Shown here: positions 37,200 to 49,588 of the stretch, piece after piece
Position numbering within the stretch: the first letter of the stretch is position 1
Layout: each line of letters begins with the position of its first letter
Assembly (NCBI RefSeq): GCF_963921235.1
Contig: NC_086108.1
Coordinates: 37,636,001 to 37,700,000 of the forward strand
Direction of reading: 5' to 3'
DNA length: 64,000 nt
DNA from: Mobula hypostoma
Taxonomy: Eukaryota
Program-made: the position numbers and the translations under genes
The notes under the pieces: generated by a model
What the model was told of the DNA's origin: nothing
Databases searched by the model: none
What the model saw: only the letters and a program-made list of their open reading frames with translations

Positions 37200-40100
37200 A
37201 CCCATGTTCAGTAACTTGCAGTCTGTTTCATTGCTTTTAATGAAGTTGGGCGACTGCACTGAAACCGTGCTCCAGTAAATATGATGTTGGAAAGGCAATA
37301 AAGACCATCTTGACCTTTTCTCACAGTGTAGAATAGTGTTCAGAGATTTCTTACTTCTGTTACATAACCGGCAACAATGAATATCAATCGAGTCAGGTTA
37401 TATAAAAACAACCAAACATTTATTAAACACGGATAAACAATAAAAAACAAACGATAATCGGAAGTTAACCGCTATGCGGCCGTTCAACAAATCGTCACTC
37501 GCCACTGGTTCTTAAAACGATAAATGCGAAAACAGTTCTTAAAGCGGTAAAGTCAAATACAGTTCTTAAAATGGTAAATTCGAAAGTCCAACAGATTTAT
37601 ACATTCAATTGGGAGAGACTCCTCTGGAGAAGGATTACTTCATAGACGCGACTTCCCCGCTGGTTCTGTCCAAAGGATTCACGATGAAGGAAGTAAATGG
37701 CTTAAAACAACTGACCTTAATTTCTTCTAGAGAGCAAAACTTGCATGAACTTCCTTGCTCTTTTGGCAGGAGTTATCTTCGATGCAGGTCGCTACTTCAT
37801 CAACAAAGACTCAATAAGATCGATCCTTTATTAAACTGCCGAACATTCCTGATTTCTCTCAATCCTTCATATCCTGTACTTCAATAAAGTCTTCACTCTC
37901 CAATACTACTGAAAAGGTACATCAACAAATCTAGCAGAAATTGCCAGTCCAGCACTATTGTACCTTGCAATAGAACGTAAAACTCCATTTTAAAAATGAA
38001 ACTGCGTCATAAAGCAAATACGCAACAGAACGGAGACTCTGACTAACGTTCCAGCTGGAATACTAACTGCGTCACCAGAGGTATTCCCTTTCATACCCGT
38101 AGTGAACATGTCATCACGTGACCTCACATCGGCGGGAAAATTACGTCAGGTGACCTCCAAAAGACCATTACATCATTCTCACAAGAAAGTTACAAGATCT
38201 CCTTTTGGTATGTAACACTTCAACCAAAAGTCTTGATATATTTTTTGAACCTCGGTTTCAGCTGAAAGTCATCTTGTAGTGAGATCAGTTCTTCCTCCAT
38301 TCTTCCTGTTAATTCCTCATTCCAAGTGTTCAGGACATGGATTTATTACTCAATCTGGAATTTAGATTGAGAGAAGACCCTAAAATATCTCTGGCGGTCT
38401 GTATGTAGCTCACCCAGGTGGGTACAGTATACCTGAAGATTATTGTCTGGTATTCTTTCGTTTTCTTCTAACTCAGAGAGACTCAGAAACTGGAAAAGAT
38501 TGCAATGGGAATCCTGTACTTGAATAGGGTTAACTTGGACAGAAATCTGGAGATAACTGATCTGACTTTGATAAGATTCTAATTATTTCCTTGTAATTGA
38601 AGATTGATTTCATTAAACTTTGTGAATAATTCTGATAAGTAAGAAATGGCATGCCTAACTTTCTTAAGTTGCTTACTGAATGAAGCATTCAAGTCTTCAA
38701 CAAATTTTATCACAGTTTCAAAAAGCGTATAAAAAAAACTCAGAAAATTTCCTCTGAGAGCTATCTTACTTCTGTGTGCAGCAGCAAGTGTTCAAACTGT
38801 TCATCATTTTCAATACAAAGCTCTTGAAATAGCTGAGAATTGACAGCATGGGACTTGATTTTATTTACCTCAGTGATAACAGTACTTAAAGATTTGTGCA
38901 GCCGATCACTTAGGTTTCTTGCAACAAGGTGCTGCCTGTGAATAGCACAGTAAATGGTAAGTATGCTATTTGCAATTTTTTTCAAGGAAGTAATAACCCC
39001 ACAGTGGCATTCTGCATTGATGGTGCCCTGTCTGTTGCACGAGTAAGAATGTTGGTGAGTGAAAGGTTCTGCTGTTTGAAAAGTTGCTCAACAATCTGAA
39101 ATATTGACACCTCTTTCATATCTGTTTCTAGTCTCATTGCAAATGACAACTCTTGAACCATGCTTTTATCTTTTGTGACGCGACAGTAACCAAGAAGCCA
39201 AGATTCACTGCTGGCAAGGTTGACTCATCCAACTGCAGAGCAAATCCAAAGTTTGCTGCATAATATATGTTCCACATTCTCAGATATTCCATCTTTGAAC
39301 AGAGTTGTCACTGTGCAGAATCACTTTAGTTATTTGTTCTGGCAACTTATGCCAAACAGTATTCAGAACACCCCCCCCCCCCCACTACTGCTGGCAAAAA
39401 TCAGTTCTTCTCTAATTTTATGGGGCTTTCTAGATTTAGCAAAGAGCAATGAAATGTTATATGAAGCACACAAACCATCACTAATTTAGAACGTTGGCAA
39501 ACATGTTTTGGAGTGTTTTCTGTTTCTGAAAGTTTCCATGAAGTGACTGAAAATAAGCCAAGTTCTTGTTTGTTTTATCAGAATGTATTTCCTTCAAATG
39601 TTCAAGGAGCCTGGACAATTTCACTGCCTCATTTGAAAAATACATTTTTACACAACAGATAGATTAGCTGATGCTGGTATAAATCCATATTTCAGATGCT
39701 CCACACTATACTGTCTATACTTCATTTTCATTTGCTCAGCTTCTGATTAATAACCATGGTCAATCATCTGCTGTTTAAGTCTAACCCCAAGCACTGCCAT
39801 CAATAAAGGGGAAAGTTATAATGTCATCACAGCACAGAAAAAACCTGATTCTCTGCCTGAATGTACATAAAGTGGGGCAGCAATATCTCAGCTGGGCAAT
39901 GGGTCAGAGAAATGCAGACAATACCATTTGAAAGGACAGATTCTGAACTTTATCCTGTTGAACACCACAGCCTAATTCAAAGGAATTGCATCACTGTGTC
40001 ATTAGAGTATGGGAAACGTACTAGCTAACACTTGTACTATGGTAGTGAAGGGCGATAATGCATGGGCTCGGCCAGGAAATTATACAGTTTCTTCAGTACA

Positions 40101-40392
40101 GATTTCTCATGAAATGTCAAATATAGAAGTCACATTGCTTCCAGCAAAGTCTAAGAACAACGGGTTAGCAGGAGATGACGTAATTATGTGATCATTGTAA
40201 TCAACTGAAGCACTGAGGATCTAATGCTTATAAAAAGTAATTCATTTCTTAAATTAAGCCTATAATCCCTCAGCTGCACCCTCACTTAGCTATCAATTTA
40301 TCGCGCATCCCGTCTGTCCCCTTTTTCACCCCTTTAGAAACTCCCACTGCCCCCGGCAGGAGGGGCTATATCACCTACTTTGGGAACCACTG
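37200..40392 (-). mobile_element. Dead hAT transposon (Buster/Charlie type), split by a solo LTR
   Basis: CAIHRQHLVA (CxxH), LLLHTEVR and FPTSYLLEHGFS dimerisation motif on the minus strand; TIR cagtggttcccaaa ending at 40392, followed by acctagag; other TIR not found. Confidence 0.88.
37358..38217 (-). mobile_element. Probable solo LTR, 860 bp
   Basis: tgttacata...tatgtaaca termini; cttc TSD at 37354-37357 and 38218-38221; minus-strand AATAAA near 37419-37424; CpG-rich; hAT sequence is continuous across it. Confidence 0.85.
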
Positions 40393-41129
40393 ACCTAGAG
40401 GGTGGTTGAAATCTGGAATACACTGCTTGCGAGGGTGGTGGAGACAGTATTCTCACTTTGAGAAACATCAGAGTGAACACTTGATTCTTCAAAGCAAACG
40501 AGGCTACTGTTGGTACATGGGAATATACCATTATCCATTCAGACGTTAGCCTGTAAATTTTCTCTGAATCATTCCAGAAAGGATCTGCATGGAGTGAGCA
40601 GTGGGCATCTGAAATCTGTAACACCAACACTTCGAACAGGACTGAGATCAGTGGAACGAGCCTCTGGCCACACCTTCATGTCAATGATTCCCTCATACTG
40701 ATTAAGGACATCCTTTAGTATCTGCACATACTAGTTTGCAATCACTACTCAGTGCTTTTAGTTCAGCCACTCTTGACAAATTGATAGCTTACACAGCCTT
40801 TTTCATTCAATTTGATCTAATTACTCAATCCCATCCTCAAGTTTATTCCTTCCTGACAAGCTATATTCACACACTTGCCTCACAGAAACATCTATAATAA
40901 TTGGCATGGGCAAGCTATTTGAATGTCATCGAAAATCATCAGTGACAATTTTCAATGGTGTGAAAATGTCCCTTTCAAAATTAGTCATCACTGTTTCAGA
41001 AGGCAGTCACATTATAGAGCATTGTCTGTGCCAATATATAAAAACAACATAATAAAACAAAATATGAGTGATCATTCTGTTGCTGTTATCTCTCTCCTTT
41101 CTTCTCCATTAATATCTTGGCTCATACCC

Positions 41130-41570
41130 TGTCATCCGCATGCAGGATGGCCACATCCCCAAGGACATCCTATACGGAGAATTCACCACAGGATCCCGGC
41201 CCATAGGGAGCCCACTGTTGCGTTACAGGGACATTTGTAAACGTGACCTGAAGTCTGCTGATATCAGGGTGGACACTTGGGAAGAGACAGCTGCAAATCG
41301 CTGCACCTGGCGACAGGCTGTACATACAGGCATTACCAATGCAGAGGGAAAACGAACTCGACTGTGGTCGGACAGAAGAGAGAGAAGGAAAGCTGTGGCA
41401 GTGACTACCCAGCCGCAGCCATCAGCTTTCGTGTGCAGCAGCCGTGCCAAGGACTGCCGCTCAAGAATCGGCTTATTCAGCCACAGCCGACGCTGCTCCA
41501 CACCCGATTGAGTCCTAAACCGGGCGCATCCATTGTCTACTTAGACAGACGGAGCCATTATATTATTATA
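41130..41570 (+). mobile_element. RTE-clade (BovB-like) LINE 3' fragment
   Basis: RMQDGHIPKDILYGEF...RYRDICKRDLK...W...CRSRIGLFSHSRRC; short 3' UTR and (tat)n tail. Confidence 0.88.
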
Positions 41571-41599
41571 TGCATCAACACCACTTTCTTGAACTAACT

Positions 41600-41935
41600 G
41601 TATATCTCTTGGTTCATTTGATATCCAAAATCCTATTGATCTACATCTAAAATAACGTCAGTGGTGAGCCTCTTCAACCATCCTGGATAGAGATTTCCAA
41701 GGATTCACTATCCTCTGGAGGACAAAATTTCTTCTCATCTTTGTACAGAATTGATGACATTCTTTTGGTGTTGGTGATCTTGGGCTTTAGATCTCCAGAG
41801 AGAGAGGAAATAACATTTCTATGTTTACCCTGTCAAGCTATGAAGAATTTGATATCTTTCAATGAGATCCCTTCTCACTTGTCTGAACTCCATGAAGTGT
41901 AGCATACAGTACTTCATCTCTTCCTTTGGACAGTC
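41600..41935 (-). mobile_element. Old CR1 3' remnant
   Basis: ttccaaggattcactatcctctgg...tttcaatgagatccc resembles 20045-20222. Confidence 0.6.
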
Positions 41936-42019
41936 ACAGTTGGATTAGGATCCAAATTGTTATTTTCCTATAGTTGAACTTTCTTTATACTTGTTTATAT
42001 GTTTGTGTAATTATAAACT

Positions 42020-42206
42020 TAAGAGAGTCTGTAGGTGCTGGAAATCCAGAGCAACATACACAAAATGCTAGAAGAACTCAGAAGGTCAGGCAGCATCTAG
42101 GGAGAAGAACAGTCAATTTATTAAAGGTCTTTGTCTGAAAAGTCAACCGTTTATTTCTCTCCATTGATGCTGCATGACCTGTTGAATCCACTTTTTGTGT
42201 GTTGTT
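42020..42206. mobile_element. Fold-back Penelope pLTR derivative
   Basis: caacatacacaaaa...ggtcaggcagcatc versus gatgctgcatgacc...tttttgtgtgttg form imperfect inverted arms. Confidence 0.7.
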
Positions 42207-42927
42207 TGTACAATCACGTGTTTGCATGTGATTTTCAGTAACATGGTGGCCATGCTATAAGGAACTTAGATAATGAAATGATCTGAGGAAAAAATGAGGA
42301 ATAGTAAAATGAGTCAGCTTTCTTTCATCTAACACTATCACCATCACACTCTACCTCTTCTTATCAATTTTGTATCCCTGAAATAACTTGGAGCTGCATA
42401 AATGCACACATCCAAATTCAGCTATATAGTGTGTTTCTGTACACTAATGGCTTCTCCCCCAGCACCTTCAAGTGTTCATGTACAGTTTCTAGGTCCATGT
42501 GGATATCATCCTGAATATTCTGATATCTCAAATCCATCACGCACTGCAAGATTTTCAAAGCTAACATTTCACATGTGGTAGCTTATGCATATGCACTTCT
42601 ATTGCCAAGTAACTCTGATTTCCTGAGTCCTTGTTCATCTACTCAAAGACAGCAGGTCCAGCAGATTAAAGCAGCAAAAGTCTGTCAGTTACGCAAATCT
42701 GTTCAACTTTACTTTGCGGTCTCCATGATACACAATAATTTTGTCAGAAGTGGGGACCACCATCAATGAAGCTTCCTTTTAAATGTGTTCAGTCTTCATA
42801 GATATTCCATTCTATGCTCACTCCCACAGCTTTTCCTCCACAAATGCATAGGTGGCAGAGACCCATCAATGCCTTTTATGAATGCTTTGATAGCAGACCA
42901 TGACACACCCACACAGGCCTCCATATA

Positions 42928-44520
42928 CAGTAAAAGGTATTCACCCCCTTGGAAGTTTTCATGTTCTATTGTCTTACAAAATTGAATCACAATGGATTTA
43001 GTTTGGCTTTTTTGACACTGATCAACAGAAAAAGTCTCTTTTGTGTCGAAGTAAAAACAGATCTCTACGAAGTGATCTATATTAATTACAAATATAAAAC
43101 ACAAAATAATTGATTGCATAAGTATTCTCACACCTCTCAAGTCAGTATTTAGTTGATGCACTTTTGGCAGCAATTGCAGCCTTGAGTCTCTATCAGCTAT
43201 CCCCATTCAATTTTCCCCCATTCTTCTTTACAAAACTGCTCAAACTCTGTCAGATTGCATGAGGATCATGAGTGTACAGCCTTTTTCAAGTCCAGCCACA
43301 AATTCTCAATTGGATTGAGATCTGGACTCTGACTTGGCCACTCCAGGACATTAACTGTTTCGTTTTTAAGCCATTCCTGTGTAGCTTTGGCTTTATGCTT
43401 CAGGTCATTGTCTTGTTGGAAAACAAATCTTCTCTCAAGTCGCAGTTCTCAGGCTTTCCTTCAGGATTTCCCTGTATGTTGCTGCATTCCTTTTACCCTC
43501 CACCTTCACAAGCCCTCCACGGCCTGCTGCAGTGAAACATCCCCACAGCATGGTGCAGCCACCACCATGCTTCACAGTAGGGATGGTGTGTTTCTGATGA
43601 TGTCCGGTGTTTAGTTTACACCAAACATAACATTTATTCTGATGGCCAGAAAGCTCAATTTTGATTTCATGACACCATAGAACCGTCTTCCAACTGACTT
43701 CAGAGTCTCCCACATGCCTTCTGGCAAGCTCTAGCCAAGATTTCATGTGAGTTTTTATTTCAACAGTGGCTTTCTCTTTGCCACTCTCCCATAAAGCTGA
43801 GACTGGTGAAGCACCCAGGCAACAGTTGTTATATGCGCAGTCTCTCCCATCTCAGCCTTTGAAGCTTATAAGTCCTCCAGAGTTGTCATAGATCTCTAGG
43901 TGGCCTCTCTCACTCATTCTTTTCTTGCACAGTTACTCCGTTTTTGACGACGACCTACTCTAGGCAGATTTACAACTGTGCCATATTCTTTCCATTTCTT
44001 GATGATTGACTTAACTGTACTTTAAGGGATATACAGTGACTTGGAAATTTTCTTGTATCTAAATCCTGACTTGTGCTTTTCAAAAACACTTTCGCAGAGT
44101 GGCATGGAGTGTTCTTTTGTCTTCGTGGTGTAGTTTTTGCCAGGATATTGACTCACCAGAGTTGAAACTTTCAGGTACAGGTGTATTTTTACTACAATCA
44201 AGGGAAACGCCTTGACTGTTGAAGGTGATTTCCATTTAACTAATGATGTGACTTCTAAAACCAACTGGCTGCACGACTGATGATTTGGTGTGTCATATTA
44301 AAGGGGGTGAATAGTTATAGAATCCATTATTTTGTGGTTTATATTTGTAATTAATTTAGATCACTTTGTAGTGATCTGTTTTCACTTTGACACAAAAGAG
44401 TATTTTTCTATTCATCAGTGTCAAAAAAAACCAAATTAAATCCACTGCGATTCAATGTTGTAAAACAATAAAACATGAAAATTTCCAAGGGGGGGTGGTG
44501 AATACATTTCATAGGCACTG
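42928..44520 (-). mobile_element. Tc1-like transposon, defective
   Basis: TA-flanked long TIRs (tattcaccccc...gaaaatttccaagggg...gaatac...ggcactg); minus-strand PTVKHGGGCTMLWGCF; frameshifts and internal deletion. Confidence 0.92.
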
Positions 44521-44569
44521 TATCTGGATGACATTTTAGCCACCGAGGTTAATATCTGAACATACTTCA

Positions 44570-45996
44570 AGAGGGTGACTACATTAAAGGTGTCTAGTAC
44601 AGACGGTGTACTTGATTGAGAACTAGAGATCTGTGTGGACTAACAGGATGGTGTATTTATGGATATATTCAACCTATGGCTTCTGCGGTCTGAAGTTCCC
44701 ACCTACTTCAAAAAGGCATCTATTGTATTGGTGCTGAAGAAAATCATTTGGACATGCCTCTATTACATAACCATAATGAAGTCCTTTCAGAAATTGATTA
44801 TAGCTCAGAGATGACTTGGATCTGCTCCAGTTTGCCTCCTGCCACAACAGGACAACAGCATATATGAATTCCTTGCCTCTTCACTCTGCTCTGGGCCATC
44901 TGGACAACAGGAACTCATATATCAGGCTGCTGTCCATTGACTACCACTCAGCATTTACCACAAACATCATCATCAATGTCATCATAATTCTAACCCATCA
45001 TCAATCTTCAAGACCTAGGCCTCTGCGGACATCAGTCATTAAGGACCGGTAACAACATCCCTAAGTGCACCTTACGGCTGTGTGCTTACCCACTTGTTCT
45101 CCTCACTATAGACATCATTGTGTGGATAAGCACAGCTCAAATGCCATCTGAAAATTTGCCAATGCCAGATGAATCACAGGTGGTGATGAGTTAACGTGTA
45201 GGATTGAGGTAGGACTCATGATTGTGTGGTGCCGTAGCAACAACCTCACACTTAATGTCAGCAGAATTAAAGAGATTATTGTTGACTTCAGGAAGGGGAA
45301 AGAGGGTGCATATGTACCAATTTACATTGGGATATTGGCAGTGGAAAGTCAGCAGCTTTAACCGCCTGGGTGTTAGCAAATTGGATAACCTGTCATGAGT
45401 CAACACATGCATTCATAAGGCAAGTGTTCCACCATCATTACTTTCTTAGGATGTTAATGAGCTTTGACTTGTCACCAAACACTCTAGCAACTTCTATAGA
45501 TGTACTGTAAAAGTATCCTGACTAGTCTGGTACAGTAATCCAAAGCTGCAAAGTGTAGTGGACTCTGCCAAATTCATTACAGGCTCACCATTTCCACCAT
45601 TGGTTTCATCTGCAGGAGGCACTGCCTTAAGAAGTCAAATGTCTATCATCAATGGTCCCCACCACCTATGCCATGCCATCTTTTTACACCAATTAGGCAG
45701 GAGATATAGAAACCTGAAGTCCCACCAGGTTCAAGACAGCAACTTCTCTTTAACTATCTGGTTCTTGAACCAACCATAAAACCCTAATCATTACCGATTA
45801 GCAACACTAAAACCACTTTGATCACTTTGTGCCAAAATGAACTCATTTTTCATTCTAATTGTGCTCTTTCTTGTTTATAAGTAGGTTTAATATATTTTTT
45901 GTGAATGCTGCTATATGATGCAATGTGCTTGTAATACTGCTGCAAGTAAGTTTTTATTGCACCTGGGCATAAGACAGTAAACTTGACTTTGACTAT
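44570..45996 (+). mobile_element. Degraded Rex1/Babar LINE
   Basis: DLLQFA, IRLLSIDYHSAF and HLCHAIF...GRRYR motifs; (gactt)n tail. Confidence 0.85.
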
Positions 45997-46507
45997 GACA
46001 TATGGAACCAATATTGGCTATTCATGAGTAAGTCTGGCTCTAGGAAGCATGTGAATGTTGACAATTCCACTGTAGAAGTTAGCAAGGAGATAATTGTACT
46101 GCGACAAAAGTGCACAAGTATGAAGCTAAAACTACTGATTGCTGCCCAGTCAAAATACAGTATTTGTAACTAACCTTTTCCACCAGTATTGACCACCAGA
46201 TGTAATCCATGTACCACAATAGGCATAGCTTTTTCTCAAGAATGTTCAGCAACAGTCCTCGGCAGTGTACCAGTGGAGCCACACACATCAACTAGTCATA
46301 TGAATCATATCCCCCATGATAAAGGTAGGTTTACAGCATTTGTCCTGTATGTACTTATGGCGGTGGATATTCTCTTGGATTACAGAGGCAGGACTCTAAT
46401 TGCTTGAGTGTCTCTCAGTGGTTGATTCTCACTTGGACTGTTCCTAGTTTTGAGCTGTCATGATTATTAATGTTAATTTCCTCCCAGGTTACCAAATTCT
46501 GTGGCCA

Positions 46508-46990
46508 AAGAACATAGAACATCGACATCTACAGCACATTACAGGCCCTTCAGCCCACAATGTTATGTCAACCACGTAACCTACTCTAGAGACTGCCTAG
46601 AATTTCCCTAACACATAGCGTTCTATTTTTCTGAGCTCCATGTACCTATCTAAGAGGCTTTTAAAAGACCATATTGTATCTGCCTCCACCACCGCCGCCG
46701 GCAGTGCATTCCACATACCTACCACCTATTGTGTGAAAAACTTACCCCTGACGTCTCCTTGGTACCTATTTCCAAGCACCTTAAAACTATGACCCCTTGT
46801 GTTAGCCATTTCAGCACTGGGAAAAAACCGCTGGCTATCCCCTCATCACCTTATCTTCCGGTCACCTCTCATCTTCCTTTGCGTCAAGGAGAAAAGGCCA
46901 AGTACACTCAACCTTTTCTCATAAGGTATGCCATCCAATCCAGGCAACATCCTTGTAAATCTCCTCTGCACTCTCTCTATAGTATCCACA
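46508..46990 (-). mobile_element. CR1 3' fragment
   Basis: aacatagaacat tail; ggcccttcagcccaca; ggcagtgcattccac...gtgtgaaaaactt. Confidence 0.8.
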
Positions 46991-47451
46991 AGAGTTTGCG
47001 GCAATTGCCATTCTTTTTGCTTACCTGGTACTCTAACTCCAGAACTACATCACAAGCAAACTTGCTTTACATTCTTAAACATCATTTAATTACTAGTGAT
47101 TATTGTTTGTACTTCCTCTGACATCAGCCTTCCCATGTCCAAATTTCCTTCATCAGCACTTCACACACCAGGTGGTCCATCAAGCCCCAGCCTAAAGAGG
47201 ACAGGAAATTACACTTTGTTGCCAATGGCTTCAACCTAACCACATAATCGATGTCCATTTCCTACGGTCCCTGATTACATGTTCTGAATTTTTAGCTCTC
47301 AGAAATCTCTGATGGCATAGGATTAGAATAATCCTTTCAAGGATGTCATTAGGTAGCTGTATGAAACTCCACCTATATCGTAAGTGCTAGTAGACTCTCT
47401 GAAATCTCATAGTTCTCAGGCACTACTACCCCATAAATATCACAGATATAC

Positions 47452-47570
47452 AAGAGAGAGTGCAGATGGTGGAAATCTGGAGTAACATACGTGAAGTGCT
47501 GAGGAAGTCAGCAGGTCAGATAGTACCTAAGGAGGGAACAGTCAACATTTTGGGTTAAGGCACTGCACCA
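47452..47570 (-). mobile_element. Degraded Penelope pLTR remnant
   Basis: tgcagatggtggaaatctggagtaaca...cagcaggtcag...cagtcaacattttggg. Confidence 0.6.
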
Positions 47571-49588
47571 CTTCCCTTTTCCTGTACATTCTTTTGTTAT
47601 TCTATGTGTTCATCCAGGACCTCAAGAATACCATTTGACCTTGTGAATATTTCCATTTGTTTCATACAAGAAACAAATGGGTGAGTCCTGTCCTTTATCT
47701 CCAGTTTGCTGATAGATCTAATAAATCAAAGGTCTATCATCATCATTGCTTCAACCATATATTCCCGTTTTCTGTTTTCTTTGGACTAGATTATTTCCCT
47801 ACTACTCTCTAACACAGTGGCATCCCATCCTCATCACCATCTGTAGTCTCTTTTGTATGTCTATTTGCAAACATAAGTAACAGAGGCAAAGATATCAAAT
47901 AGTACATCATTTATTGAAGGCAAGATTATCATCTAAAGCTAGCACAACAATGTATGAAGGTCATACCATGTGGTAATCTCTGTTTGCAAAAGCTTTCTAC
48001 ATCAGTATACTCTTTTAGAATGAGGGTACAAAATGCAGCAGAGCCTTGTACTCCCAGATACACTGCCATCCAAGAATTCATTACTCTTTTTATAATTCCT
48101 GGAATCTCCAGGAATTATAAAACGGTTGGGAACATTTGTAATAAGTGTTATATTAGAATTGGGTGATGGTAAAATAGGTCCATAGTGGAAGTGAGTTAAA
48201 TGTCACATTAGTAGAAACCAAAATTATTACATATGGGAAATACTTAAATTACCGGGTATGAGTAGCTGGAGCAGAGATAAACAAAAGGAGGTTGGGCTGT
48301 AAGCTACGATCAGGACAGCTACTCATGAGATAAGTGAAGTCAAGATAGATGGATATTACCATACATTAGAGCACTCAGTTTCAGGGAAAGTGAGGGAAAA
48401 GGCAATCTGCCAAAGGAAGGCAAAATCCCATCTCTCAGGCAGATAAAGGCAACCCCAGCAGAGATACAAGAAATATTATATGCAATGAAGAAAAATAAGT
48501 TACTAATGAACTTTTGAAATTCACATGTAACTATTGTAACACAACTACTCTAAATCGCTGGAAGTTTTTTTTGGGTCAATGGAGTATCTTTGAACTTCCA
48601 CTTGCAGCGCTCCCCAGTATACACTGTAACAGGGTCTGAACAAACTGACATTTGAGAAACTCATCACTGCTATAAAGAGAAGTTTTCTTCATGTGCTATT
48701 CAGATTGGAGCCATAATTAAGAGGGTAACTGCATCCCACCTGAAAGCCAGATTCAGTGTGTTTAACACACCAGCTTCTCCTACAATTTCCAAAAGAATGC
48801 TTACACACAACACAACACTGGCATTATATTACATCTCACGTGTTCCACTAATACAGATTCAGTGAGAATGATGGGTTGAATTTTGCAGTGAAATGCTGTG
48901 ATTCACATGTAGAACCATACGGTTTTCCCTGACACCAAGTTCAGAATTTCATGTTTGGTACTCCACTTGTTAAATTGTGAAACTCTCTAAAAATATTTTT
49001 ATCTTTACATTAACACATACTTCCAATTAAAAATTATAATTTGCTCATCCTTATGCCAAATCTTTATTCATTCAACAATTCAGTTTGGATAAAAGCCACA
49101 AAACTCAGCGCTTATTCTGCATTAAGGGATCAGGTTTTAACATTATGTCATTACTTCTAAGTGAAATTAGCAGGGGCTGGCTTCATTTAATATGCTATAC
49201 ACCACAAGCTAGATAACAAGAAGGCGTTATATGTATTTGATTCAGTATTTTTCAATTGAAATTCTCCCCTTGAATCAAGCTTTTCATGTGATTGGATTAG
49301 TGGGAAATAATTTAAAAAGCTGAAAGACTGCTCACGTTGTCAAAAGTATGTTTGATCTTATATGCAGTTATTTGAATATATTATATTACTTAATGCAATG
49401 TGCATTTGTATGTACAGACAAACACACACACAAACAAACACACAGAGCCCTGCACATCTGTGAATGGGACTTCCTAGAAAGATGCTGTGATGGTAGACAA
49501 AGAAAATTACGGTAGACAAAAGAAATTGGAGTTCTGTTGAAACAAAGCACATTTTGGTCAAGGTTTCTAGCACAGAAGTGCAAACATA

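Noticed and set aside
38761..38985. Domesticated ZBED/SCAND-like gene
   Set aside because: Multiple stops and frameshifts, an LTR insertion and a retained TIR indicate a dead transposon.
49492..49530. Short direct repeat ggtagacaaa(a)gaaa(a)tt; similar tatagtaacc pair near 11613-11639
   Set aside because: Two-copy local slippage duplications with no spacer array, so not CRISPR-like.
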